Source: Methanobacteriota archaeon
GTDB lineage: Archaea > Thermoplasmatota > Poseidoniia > Poseidoniales > Poseidoniaceae
Assembly: GCA_002722615.1 (NCBI GenBank)
Contig: PBMQ01000037.1
Coordinates: 34,958-98,957, forward strand
Length of the DNA stretch: 64,000 nt
Direction: 5' to 3'
Positions 29,785 to 39,154 of this stretch are shown here, one piece after another; positions within the stretch are counted from its first letter, which is position 1, and each line of letters starts with the position of its first letter. The notes below the pieces were generated by a model. The model was not told the origin of the DNA. It saw only the letters and a list, made by a program, of their open reading frames with translations, and made no database searches. Both the position numbers and the translations under genes were made by a program.

Positions 29785-30852
29785 TCATCGTTTCGATACT
29801 TGTAGTGACCACGCAATCTCACCAATTCGGTCAATCATATCATCGAGTCGTAGAACAAATCGATCCGTTCTGTCTGCAACGAGAATACATTCACTAGCAG
29901 CATTTGCTAATTGGGCTGTTTCCTCAACAGATAATCCTAGTGTAATTGCAGTAGCAACAGCCACGGCAGCAGCATCAATCAAACCAATCATTTGCCGAAT
30001 CTCTTCAAGCATGCATGGGACGTGGACTGTATCCTCATTACGAGAATGAATTGTGACCCCATCCTGGCCCTCAAGAATCAAAAGATGTTTCCAATCGTTG
30101 GTTTCAAGCAACATTGCAGCGGCTTCTGCGCCAGTAGTTGCACCCAGTCGTCGTCGCATTAATTCCAAACCCTTTGATTGGAACAACACCCAGTCAACTC
30201 CTTGAGATCGATGTAATCCCGTTAATTTAGGATCAGCAATAACCGGTACATTGTGTTGTTTTGCTACTTGGATTAAGCGTTCTGCACCTTGGTCATTCAG
30301 TACACCAAGGCCATAATCAGAAAGAATAAGACAAGATGAATTTGGGATACTTTCAACTGTTCGCTCAATGAGGCTAGCTATGGCTGAATCGGGGATCGGT
30401 GTATCGTCTTCGATATCCCACCGAAGCAGGAGTTGTTCACCTTTGACCAATCCTTCTCTTGCACCCAATAACCGGGTTTTAACTGTAGTAGTTCGCTCTT
30501 CTAGGACTGCGATTCCAGAGGTCTGCACTCCCTCCTCTTCTAACATTTCCAAGATTGAAAGACCGGAATCATCGTCACCTACGATTCCATGCAAATGACT
30601 GTTTAATCCAAGTGAGTCTAGACCACGAGCAACGTGAGCAGCAGCTCCTACATCCACATCACGTGAAGTCTCCTTCAGGACGGGTACTGGTGCGCGAGAA
30701 TTCAAATTATTTGCAAACCCATGAATGTAACAATCCATCATTATATCCCCAACTAGAAGGACCTTTGATGACTTTATATTTTTCAAATCACGTTCCAATT
30801 TTTTCAAAGCGTCGTGGACCTTTGCATCATCATCACTCATTCCCATTGTCAT
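29785..30852 (-). CDS. PfkB-family carbohydrate kinase, HldE/RfaE-kinase-like, degenerate catalytic motif
   Basis: VLLVGDIMMDCYIHG...RAPVPVL, GAAAHVA, TTVKTR, QLLLRWD, LSDYGLGVL, IADPK. The expected GAGD motif reads GLID. Confidence 0.75.
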   Translation of the reverse strand: MTMGMSDDDAKVHDALKKLERDLKNIKSSKVLLVGDIMMDCYIHGFANNLNSRAPVPVLKETSRDVDVGAAAHVARGLDSLGLNSHLHGIVGDDDSGLSILEMLEEEGVQTSGIAVLEERTTTVKTRLLGAREGLVKGEQLLLRWDIEDDTPIPDSAIASLIERTVESIPNSSCLILSDYGLGVLNDQGAERLIQVAKQHNVPVIADPKLTGLHRSQGVDWVLFQSKGLELMRRRLGATTGAEAAAMLLETNDWKHLLILEGQDGVTIHSRNEDTVHVPCMLEEIRQMIGLIDAAAVAVATAITLGLSVEETAQLANAASECILVADRTDRFVLRLDDMIDRIGEIAWSLQVSKR

Positions 30853-31811
30853 CCCTCTATTCCATCTTGTAATTCAGCAAGTAGCATTGCATGCTCTTGG
30901 TTGGAGATTCCAGTTGTCTTTCGCAAGGTTTCTAACATTGCTGATTCATCAGACGTGATGATTCCGTCGATTAGCGCAGTTCTCAAGACGGATCGATATG
31001 CCTCAATTTCAGGCGTAATGTAAGGTTGCTGAAGTGCAATCTTGAACATACGTTCGTGTGTATCGGTATCGATATCAAAAGCAATCTGAACGGTTTTGAG
31101 CAATGCTTCTTCCTCCTCATGAATGACACCATCAACGAGGGCCTGTCGAAGCATATCAAGATAGATTTCCTCAGGTGGAGGTGCATCAATTTCCCGTCGC
31201 GCTTCATTTGAGAGTCGACGAACTCGTTCCGGATGCATACCTAAGAAATCGACCACTTCGTTGAGGAGCAGTTGTTCATCCTTCGTGATTCGCCCATCTT
31301 GCCACGCGCGTGCAAACATTCGTCGAATAAGGGCTTCACCTGCCTGTGCATCGAGTGATGCTGAACCCTCAGGATGGGACACAGGTGACATAACTGGATC
31401 AGTATGTACAACCATGTGTTCATCGATGTGGGCAAGAGTTTCTAAGGTGTCTGTAGCGCTTGTGAGTATTGTTTGGAGTAGAACAGTTGTACCACCCGAA
31501 TTAACTGGTGTTGATTTGATTCGGTCAAGAATAGATTGAGCGCGTTCACGACCTCCAGGGGTTAAGGAATACACTCTTCTTCGTTGACGTGCACCGGGCA
31601 CATGTCGACTTGTTGTGTTCAGGAATGCCTGCTGTTCCAAACGCTTGAGGGTTCTAGGCACATGCTTCCTTTGAACATGGACTGCGGCAGAGATTCCTGC
31701 TTGAGTCAATTCCATCGGTGCTTCCCAGTTGTTTTCTGGAAGTTGATGGTCCAACAAGTGGAGTAGGGTTCGTTCCTCAGTGGTGAGTGTTCCTAAGAAC
31801 CCGCTAACCAT
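30849..31811 (-). CDS. Winged-HTH protein with three TerB-like DG-I-xx-E repeats
   Basis: LTQAGISAAVHVQRKHVPRTLKRLE...RRVYSLTPGG (MarR-like wHTH); AWQDGRITKDE, ALVDGVIHEEE, ALIDGIITSDE. Confidence 0.7.
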   Translation of the reverse strand: MVSGFLGTLTTEERTLLHLLDHQLPENNWEAPMELTQAGISAAVHVQRKHVPRTLKRLEQQAFLNTTSRHVPGARQRRRVYSLTPGGRERAQSILDRIKSTPVNSGGTTVLLQTILTSATDTLETLAHIDEHMVVHTDPVMSPVSHPEGSASLDAQAGEALIRRMFARAWQDGRITKDEQLLLNEVVDFLGMHPERVRRLSNEARREIDAPPPEEIYLDMLRQALVDGVIHEEEEALLKTVQIAFDIDTDTHERMFKIALQQPYITPEIEAYRSVLRTALIDGIITSDESAMLETLRKTTGISNQEHAMLLAELQDGIEG

Positions 31812-31899
31812 ACTGCTCCCCGATTTCTATGTCAAGGTGGTAGTCCTTAGGACAATCGGTCATCGACGCAACAATATGGGAAGAATTCTAGCGTGAAAC

Positions 31900-33009
31900 A
31901 TGGTCCGACAACAACGGAAGTTCAAGCCACGGGCAAGAACTTCTCGTCCATTGAATCTCGATTCAATTGGCGCTCGTGATTCACAAAAAATTCAACCTCC
32001 TATCGAGGATGGAATGTTTTGGAGAATACAACCCCCTCTTGCAACACGTTTGTACGAAAAGAGTGCTCTGGGTTATCGGAATGAGGACGGTTCCATTCGA
32101 TTAACAGCATCGGAAGTTTTGTTCTGCCATTGGCATCGTCATTTACCACTTCCAAGTGAGACTTGGCTTGAAAATGAACTTCAAAAGAATCCAAGACTCA
32201 TTTATGAGGCTATTATAATGGACGTCGGTCGAAACGGTGGCGAGATGATTGTTCCTACTGTGCATCGTCCTTCGAATCTTCAGATTGCTTGGGGCGTGCG
32301 GTGGCATCGTGATCGAAATCATTTGAAAGACAAGTATCAGGCCTCGGTTACTACTGCAACAACTCATGATGAACTTGATTGGCTTGCTTTGTTGGAATGG
32401 TGCAGAAAATGCATTGATTTTGAACTCGATTCGGAGTTGTTTGTCATTGATGATGAACTGGATGTTACCATGTACAAACTTGATTTGATTGAGCCCAAGG
32501 GAAACCTACTGTCATGGGAACAACTTGGAGAACATCACCAAGATGACTTTCTCAATTATTGGAACAAAAGGACATTGACAGAATCTGGAAGCTATGTTCG
32601 TGTTAATCAACCATGGCAATGGGATCAAATCGGAATAGATCACATGTCAGGTCGGGTCCTTCGCCATGAAGAGGATACATATGTGCAGCACATGATTACA
32701 CAAGAGGTTGAATCTTCCTCAGACTCAAAACTCATGCATGATTTACTGTCACGTGGATTGCTCTTGCGTCCAGGATTCAAGTACGGTTGTAGATGGAGAG
32801 TCTATGATGGGGATTTGAACAATTCACACGCTCCATGGTTGATTCAACCACGATTGGAAGCAGCGACTACATGGGAAGGTGTCTGTCTGAGTGTTCGTTT
32901 GGCGGAAGGGGTCCACAAGCAGTGGGTTTGCGCGATATATGATACTGGAAATTGGAATTATTTACGCATTCAGAGATGGTCGCCAGGTAGGAATACATCA
33001 ACTGAATAG
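31900..33009 (+). CDS. endA: tRNA-intron (splicing) endonuclease
   Basis: C-terminal catalytic unit RGLLLRPGFKYGCRWRVY...HAPW...VRLAEGVHK (Y/H/K triad). 369 aa fits a two-unit (alpha2-like) architecture. Confidence 0.85.
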   Translation: MVRQQRKFKPRARTSRPLNLDSIGARDSQKIQPPIEDGMFWRIQPPLATRLYEKSALGYRNEDGSIRLTASEVLFCHWHRHLPLPSETWLENELQKNPRLIYEAIIMDVGRNGGEMIVPTVHRPSNLQIAWGVRWHRDRNHLKDKYQASVTTATTHDELDWLALLEWCRKCIDFELDSELFVIDDELDVTMYKLDLIEPKGNLLSWEQLGEHHQDDFLNYWNKRTLTESGSYVRVNQPWQWDQIGIDHMSGRVLRHEEDTYVQHMITQEVESSSDSKLMHDLLSRGLLLRPGFKYGCRWRVYDGDLNNSHAPWLIQPRLEAATTWEGVCLSVRLAEGVHKQWVCAIYDTGNWNYLRIQRWSPGRNTSTE

Positions 33010-35042
33010 TCATCTCTTTCTTCTGCTTGTTTGACGCTACTTTTCTTACTAAAGTAAGATGATGCAAACCATGCAGCAAATAATATGAAAAAGGTTGAAA
33101 GTACAAGAGATTGATTTCCAACCAATGGATTTGAATTACTGCTCTGTGCCTTTAGTTCGACTTTGATATCCCATTGTTCACCATTGAATGTCTGAAGATG
33201 AATGGTTCCTAAGACATACATATTTTCTTGCAACAATCCTTGCGGGTCGATTTCGATAAGAATAGTACCGTTTCCGTTTTCGACTTCGACTGATGATGGG
33301 GTTGTTGCAACACGTGAGAGAGGGCCATCAATATCGATAGAAAATTCCCCATTTCCATCACCTAACCCCGCATATGGTAAACGAATTGTTGTAGGTTCAA
33401 CAACGTTGATGTTTGATAGCAATTTCATTTCAGAGGGTAATGGTATCGAACCCAAGGTGGTTACTGAGGTCTTGATATCAAAAGCATCATCATCACAATA
33501 GATGAATCCTGAAAACGTTGCAGTTGAATCCAACGCCCCTTGGGAGCTGAATGTACCAAAGTGAGTGGAATCAGGCGTGCTTGAATTTGAGAATACAATT
33601 GTTCTTCCATCAGATCCAGTGAGGTCACCCCAACATTGAACAAGATTATTCCCAGGTGAGATTTCCAATGATAAGGGCTCGTCTTGGAGAAGTGTTGATC
33701 CAAAATCCTCTAAGTCGATTTTATGTTTTGGCGAACAATTAATTGAATGGAATTCAACAATCCATTTATTATTGGATTCTACAATTTTAGCGTACCAAGG
33801 GACAAGAACTCCATCATGGTCACGAATCTGGATTCCTCGTTCACCAAACTCATCTCCTGGTTGAAACAAATCACTTGCCACACCGTCGTTAATTCCTCTG
33901 AGTTGTTCTTGGTTTCCATCGGCTTCAATAGTTTTCAGATATGGGCGTCGTTGATCGATGTTCATGGCATTGTGAGCAGTGTCTCCTGCTGCTAAATCTT
34001 CCAATAAAACAAGAACACCATCTCCTGGTAAGGATTCATCGTAACCTTCTTGAGTTCGTAATTCAATCCAAACAAATTCATTTTTGTCTATTTGGATTCG
34101 TATGCGATCACCACCTGCAAACCTGGATTCGAGTGGAATTGAAGGACCTATGCATGGTCCTTGAGAATTATCTGGCCATTCTAAGATAACATCGCGAGTA
34201 GGTCCATGTCCAATGGCATTCATAGTCGGTCCTGTTGGAAGGGATGGCGTATCTCCCCCACCGTTCCAATTTCCACTTGCCATGATGTCCCACACTCCGA
34301 TTCCTTTCCATGAACCAGTATATCCTGAATCATGAACTGGATAAAGGTCGAAAGCACCAAATTGATGCATCATTTCATGCAGAATTGTTCCAAATCCATT
34401 ACTCCCATGACGCATTGATGACATGGTGTAATGTTCAAATGAGACATCTGCTTTTTTTATGGGTTCAATAAACGAAGTGAAATGAGACCATATTCGATTC
34501 GAAGATCCGCCTCCTTGTTCCTGTGCGATAGTGGAATGAAGGATGAGGAAGCGATCTACGACTCCATCATCGTTCAAATCATACGACTGAAGATTTTCTT
34601 CGTTCATTGATTCAACTACAAATTCAGCAAGCAGAGCAGGAAGAAATTGACCTCCATCCCCATAATCTCTACCATTTGAACCATCTGCCCCATAGGCTGA
34701 AAGCCCTTTAGGTGCACGAAGAATTCTATCGTGTACTGAAATATCAATTGAAACTTGTTGGCCTGTGGCCTGGCTGAAATAATCCTCTGAGTGCTGCTTT
34801 AGTTCATCTTGGGTATCGGAAATTGCATTAGTTGTAAGAGGGTTTGAATCAAAATCAACCAATACAACAAGCCACGATTCATTCTGTTGCAATCCTACGA
34901 GTGGTGCTGGATTGTCTTGATTGGTATTGTCTTCAAGTTGAAAGAGCTCATTGATTTGATCTGAATAGAGATGAGACAAGAGAGCCAAGGTGATGCACAG
35001 CACCATCCCTATCGCTTGAATCCTTTTCCCCATACTTATCAC
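32970..35042 (-). CDS. M6-family (immune inhibitor A-like) metalloprotease, membrane-anchored
   Basis: LVVLVDF, YDLNDDGVVD, IWSH, HEMMHQFGAFDLY, GVWDIMASGNW; N- and C-terminal TM. Confidence 0.85.
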   Translation of the reverse strand: MISMGKRIQAIGMVLCITLALLSHLYSDQINELFQLEDNTNQDNPAPLVGLQQNESWLVVLVDFDSNPLTTNAISDTQDELKQHSEDYFSQATGQQVSIDISVHDRILRAPKGLSAYGADGSNGRDYGDGGQFLPALLAEFVVESMNEENLQSYDLNDDGVVDRFLILHSTIAQEQGGGSSNRIWSHFTSFIEPIKKADVSFEHYTMSSMRHGSNGFGTILHEMMHQFGAFDLYPVHDSGYTGSWKGIGVWDIMASGNWNGGGDTPSLPTGPTMNAIGHGPTRDVILEWPDNSQGPCIGPSIPLESRFAGGDRIRIQIDKNEFVWIELRTQEGYDESLPGDGVLVLLEDLAAGDTAHNAMNIDQRRPYLKTIEADGNQEQLRGINDGVASDLFQPGDEFGERGIQIRDHDGVLVPWYAKIVESNNKWIVEFHSINCSPKHKIDLEDFGSTLLQDEPLSLEISPGNNLVQCWGDLTGSDGRTIVFSNSSTPDSTHFGTFSSQGALDSTATFSGFIYCDDDAFDIKTSVTTLGSIPLPSEMKLLSNINVVEPTTIRLPYAGLGDGNGEFSIDIDGPLSRVATTPSSVEVENGNGTILIEIDPQGLLQENMYVLGTIHLQTFNGEQWDIKVELKAQSSNSNPLVGNQSLVLSTFFILFAAWFASSYFSKKSSVKQAEERDDYSVDVFLPGDHL

Positions 35043-35083
35043 ACTTCATCGATTCCTTTCAATTGTTGGGTTTTCTGGGTGAA

Positions 35084-36382
35084 TTAATTGTGTATAGTTT
35101 TGAAGGAGTTAATTTCATTTTCTCGCCAATCCGTTGTTAGTATTCGGACCACATTTTCTCGCAGTTCAGGTAAATGTGGTTCATGAACGAATTGGAATGA
35201 TTGAATCCCTGAATGTTGATATCGTTTTGAACACTCTTTGAACCGTTGATTTGATGACCATGGGTTGGTCATGTTTGCAATTTGAATGTTCATTTCAATT
35301 TGTAATGTGGGATTCGTTGCAGGTACAGCACCTTGCAATTCAAGTAAATTAAGCCCCCTCATTTTGCAGCGACCGGATTGAATAGAATTCTGAAATGAGG
35401 CCGGTAGGGGGGTTGAGTCACAACCTCCAATAATCACATCAGTCAGTCGATATCGTGCTACTGTGTCAATCAAATGTTCTCGCTCATCGATGTTTGAACA
35501 CAATGATTCGTACCGCAATAAACCAGTATTTTCAGGAGATGTATCAATAGGGTAAGCCACGCCTTGGCATGAGCAATCAACATAGGTGACGAGTCGTCGT
35601 CTTCCTTCATGATCGAAAATGGCTTTCGGATTCATGATTTCCATTGCACGACATACACTTTTGCTGATTGTGAACTCCAAGAATAAAACCATGATTGTGA
35701 GCAGTACAATATTAGTTCCATTCCATCGACCAGGGAGAGAAAGAAGGAGGATTACACCCCCTATTCCAAGAATTCGAACTCTCCACCAGTCTTGATTATT
35801 CTCAGTGATCAGTCCTAATGAACCAGCGATAATGGTTCCGAATGCTAACATGTAGGTCATTAGAAGAGCCCAGAAAACAGATAATGCAAACGTGAAGAGT
35901 GTGATAGCATCATATTGAGATGTCAAACCAGCATCATTATGTATTCTGTCACCAAAGTCATAGAGTGATGGAATAAAGAAATAAAACAACGCAAAAAGTA
36001 AGCCATAGGCAAGTGTTAAAGAAGTCATCATCCACCTTTTCATGACGGTCTGTTCGCTTTGAGTTAGTCCGGGTTTCGCAAACGAGTACATCGAGAAGAG
36101 TGCAAATGGAAGTATGCATAAGATGGAAAGCATGACTGCGCTTAACCACCTTACAACACTCCACGAAGCTGGTTCATACAATGTAAGGCATGATACTGTA
36201 TTACAAGGGTTCAGATGGTTCAACATCATCTCGAGGATTGAGTCGATCTTGTTCATTATTGCAATCGTAAGAATCGCAACAAGGACAAAACCAAGAGTCG
36301 CCCTTTGAGTAAGGTAGTCAAAGTGGTGTTGCACTGGTTGTACTGAATCGGATTCAAGGTGAAGTCCCATGGCAGATGTCAA
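35084..36382 (-). CDS. TatC-like membrane protein fused to a Cys-rich C-terminal domain
   Basis: Six TM with TatC-like HHFDYLTQR and YSFAKPGLTQSE; C-terminal VDCSCQG...LCS...IIGGCD. Confidence 0.65.
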   Translation of the reverse strand: MTSAMGLHLESDSVQPVQHHFDYLTQRATLGFVLVAILTIAIMNKIDSILEMMLNHLNPCNTVSCLTLYEPASWSVVRWLSAVMLSILCILPFALFSMYSFAKPGLTQSEQTVMKRWMMTSLTLAYGLLFALFYFFIPSLYDFGDRIHNDAGLTSQYDAITLFTFALSVFWALLMTYMLAFGTIIAGSLGLITENNQDWWRVRILGIGGVILLLSLPGRWNGTNIVLLTIMVLFLEFTISKSVCRAMEIMNPKAIFDHEGRRRLVTYVDCSCQGVAYPIDTSPENTGLLRYESLCSNIDEREHLIDTVARYRLTDVIIGGCDSTPLPASFQNSIQSGRCKMRGLNLLELQGAVPATNPTLQIEMNIQIANMTNPWSSNQRFKECSKRYQHSGIQSFQFVHEPHLPELRENVVRILTTDWRENEINSFKTIHN

Positions 36383-36391
36383 AATATTCCC

Positions 36392-37357
36392 TCACACCAA
36401 GTCATGGTGTTCTGGTTCAGCACGTGCTTGAACGATTGTTCGGTATACACCAAACAAGGCCCATAATGTCAACATACCAAGGACAAATGTATATCCCCAT
36501 GGTTGTCCATTATCAACAGCCCAACCAAACGCAAGGAGTAAACCAAGCGAAAGGATACCTCTTCGAATACCTTGTGGGACCGCGAGTCGCATGTCCAAAT
36601 GCTTGGGACCTCCTCCAAATCGACGCTCGTAGAACTCTCCTTGAACGACTGCTCCGACAAGAATGATTGCTAGCGTAGCCCAGTAGAACAGATTACCATT
36701 GGTAAAGAAATCATCAGCGATTTCTGCTTGCCTTTCTGCCTCAAGTGCCTCAGGGTTCTCTTCGGCTACAAACAGGGATTGGAAATCTCCGACGCTAATT
36801 GTTCGTAGTACGAGGTTTTCTTCATCATCATTTGTCATGGTTTCTGGCGATGAGATGAAGAACGAGAGTAGATTCCAGTTGTCACCTTCGTTAGCCCCGT
36901 TGAGACCATCAACTGCGTTTCCAGCTAGGGAGAACGAGACATCTCCAACATCGGATGAGGGTGCGGTCCAAGTTACAATCCAATCGTTGCTTGGCGCTGT
37001 TTGAGATACTGCGCCTGGTTCTGAACCGTCAGTATCTTGGACGATTTGGGATCCTTCCCCTGCAGTAAATGTTCCAACACCATAGTCTGTTAGGAGGAAG
37101 CCGCCATTCTCATAGGAGGCATGTTGAAGGTTCACTGTAAATTCATAGGACTCTCCTACAGAATATGCTCGAGGGACGCCCGAGATTGAGACGACTACAT
37201 CGTTTGAAGGTACACCATCGCCGTGGCAAGTACATCCTGTTTCTACGGTGAGGCCTCCGTTGATTGGATTGACCCAAGGAGGGCCGTTTGGGTTGGCCAC
37301 AACAGGTGCGAGAAGGCAAATAGACAGGAGCAAAATGAGAAGTGTTCTCGATTTCAT
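36392..37357 (-). CDS. Secreted Reeler / choice-of-anchor-V-like domain protein with 3 C-terminal TMs
   Basis: Signal peptide, GCTCHG, VSISGVP..Y..G..YEFTV, W.VTWTAPS..VG.V.F..AGNAVDG, three C-terminal TMs. Start re-assigned to ATG 37357. Confidence 0.7.
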   Translation of the reverse strand: MKSRTLLILLLSICLLAPVVANPNGPPWVNPINGGLTVETGCTCHGDGVPSNDVVVSISGVPRAYSVGESYEFTVNLQHASYENGGFLLTDYGVGTFTAGEGSQIVQDTDGSEPGAVSQTAPSNDWIVTWTAPSSDVGDVSFSLAGNAVDGLNGANEGDNWNLLSFFISSPETMTNDDEENLVLRTISVGDFQSLFVAEENPEALEAERQAEIADDFFTNGNLFYWATLAIILVGAVVQGEFYERRFGGGPKHLDMRLAVPQGIRRGILSLGLLLAFGWAVDNGQPWGYTFVLGMLTLWALFGVYRTIVQARAEPEHHDLV

Positions 37358-37419
37358 AATATCCTCTCTACTTCTGCCACTCCAGTTCATGCTTTCAACG
37401 TTGCTTTTCACCCGGAGGA

Positions 37420-38841
37420 TTAGGACTCTTTGATGGCGTTGTTAAGCCCAGTCATCATTGCTTTTCCATCACCGAACAACATCATCGTTTTATCCATATA
37501 GAACAGATCGTTGTCGACACCAGCATAACCAACTGATAGGGAACGTTTGATGATCACGACTGTGCGAGCTGCATCAGCATCGATGATTGGCATTCCTGCA
37601 AGAGGACCTTCGCCACTTCGTGCTGCAGGATTGGTCGTGTCGTTTGCTCCGATAATGAGGGCAACATCACACTCTGGGAACTCAGGGTTTATTTCATCCA
37701 TTTCGATGAGTTGCTCATAGGGTACGTTTGCTTCAGCGAGCAGGACATTCATGTGTCCTGGCATTCGTCCAGCGACAGGATGAATTGCATACTTGACATC
37801 AGTATCGTATTTTTCGGCGATAAGATCTGCAAATTCCTTCACTTGATGTTGACACTGTGAAACAGCCATTCCGTATCCAGGTACAATGATTACTTTCTGG
37901 GCACCATCAATCATCATTGCAACTTCATCAGGATCAGAACCAACCTTGGTTCGAGTAAGGGATTCCTTCTCTCCTGAACCACCAAATGACTTGAACAAAA
38001 CATCGGGTAATGTTCTGTTCATTGCTTTGCACATGATGAATGTAAGAATCAAACCAGATGCCCCAACAAGGGAACCAGCGATAATTAGGGCTGAATTCCC
38101 GATAATGAATCCTGTAAATGCTGCTGCGATACCAGACAATGAATTGAGTAGCGATACAACAACTGGCATATCAGCTCCACCTATTGGTAATACCAACACA
38201 ACACCTAGCAAGCAAGAGATTCCAATAATGCTCCAAAGATACGTAGTGTTTGTTGGTTCATCGATGCTTAGGTAAATGAGTACAGCTACAGATACAACAA
38301 GAATAACCTTGACTGGATTCAGCCATGGAGGGCCCCATGTAGGCGTCTTAATCCATTTACCAAAGACGCTAACTCCACCTTTGAGTTTGTACATGGCGAG
38401 TAATGATCCTGTGAGTGTCATCCAACCTACGAGCGCTGAAAGTCCCGCAGCCACCATGATGACGGCAATCTCTAGATTTCCAGTGGGTATGTTCGATGAA
38501 TCCTCCATATACCTCCAAACTTCGGACAAAGCAACAAGGGCAGATGCAGCACCACCAAATCCATTGAAGAGTGCAACAAGTTCAGGCATCCCTGTCATCT
38601 GAACGCGTACAGCCATGATGTAACCAATGAGTGAACCAAGTGCTACACCAGCACCAATTAGAACCCATTCGGCGTCACCCGCTAATTCCATACTCAGGAC
38701 CGTGGTAAAAACAGCAACAAGCATCCCGAGTGCTCCAAGTTGATTCCCAAATGGAGCAGTTCTTGGATGACCAAGTTTCTTTAGACCAAAAATAAAGAGT
38801 GCTGCAGAAAGCAAATATCCGAGTGAAACCCAATCTTCCAT
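37420..38841 (-). CDS. pntB: NAD(P) transhydrogenase beta subunit
   Basis: MPELVALFNGFGG, IGGADMPVVVSLLNSLSG, VPGYGMAV, HPVAGRMPGHMNVLLAEA, GANDTTNPAA. Confidence 0.96.
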   Translation of the reverse strand: MEDWVSLGYLLSAALFIFGLKKLGHPRTAPFGNQLGALGMLVAVFTTVLSMELAGDAEWVLIGAGVALGSLIGYIMAVRVQMTGMPELVALFNGFGGAASALVALSEVWRYMEDSSNIPTGNLEIAVIMVAAGLSALVGWMTLTGSLLAMYKLKGGVSVFGKWIKTPTWGPPWLNPVKVILVVSVAVLIYLSIDEPTNTTYLWSIIGISCLLGVVLVLPIGGADMPVVVSLLNSLSGIAAAFTGFIIGNSALIIAGSLVGASGLILTFIMCKAMNRTLPDVLFKSFGGSGEKESLTRTKVGSDPDEVAMMIDGAQKVIIVPGYGMAVSQCQHQVKEFADLIAEKYDTDVKYAIHPVAGRMPGHMNVLLAEANVPYEQLIEMDEINPEFPECDVALIIGANDTTNPAARSGEGPLAGMPIIDADAARTVVIIKRSLSVGYAGVDNDLFYMDKTMMLFGDGKAMMTGLNNAIKES

Positions 38842-38842
38842 T

Positions 38843-39154
38843 TCAGGCACCTCTTCGCTTCTTTCCAGCAATCATATTCAACATTCTATTGGTGACGAGG
38901 AATCCTCCGACAACATTGATCATCGCTAGTACAACGGCAACAAATGCAAGAATTCCAGAAACGGCTGTATCTCCTGACTCATAAGCGACGTTTGCACCAA
39001 TGAGCGCTCCAATAATGGAAATTCCAGAAATCGCATTCGCTCCACTCATGAGTGGGGTATGTAACGTCGCTGGAACTTTTGTGATCAATTCAAATCCAAG
39101 AAAAATTGCAAGTACGAACAGTGTTATGTTTCCAATTAGAAATTCTGGTGTCAT
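38843..39154 (-). CDS. pntAB: NAD(P) transhydrogenase alpha subunit, membrane part
   Basis: KVPATLHTPLMSGANAISG, INVVGGFLVTNRML. Confidence 0.95.
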   Translation of the reverse strand: MTPEFLIGNITLFVLAIFLGFELITKVPATLHTPLMSGANAISGISIIGALIGANVAYESGDTAVSGILAFVAVVLAMINVVGGFLVTNRMLNMIAGKKRRGA

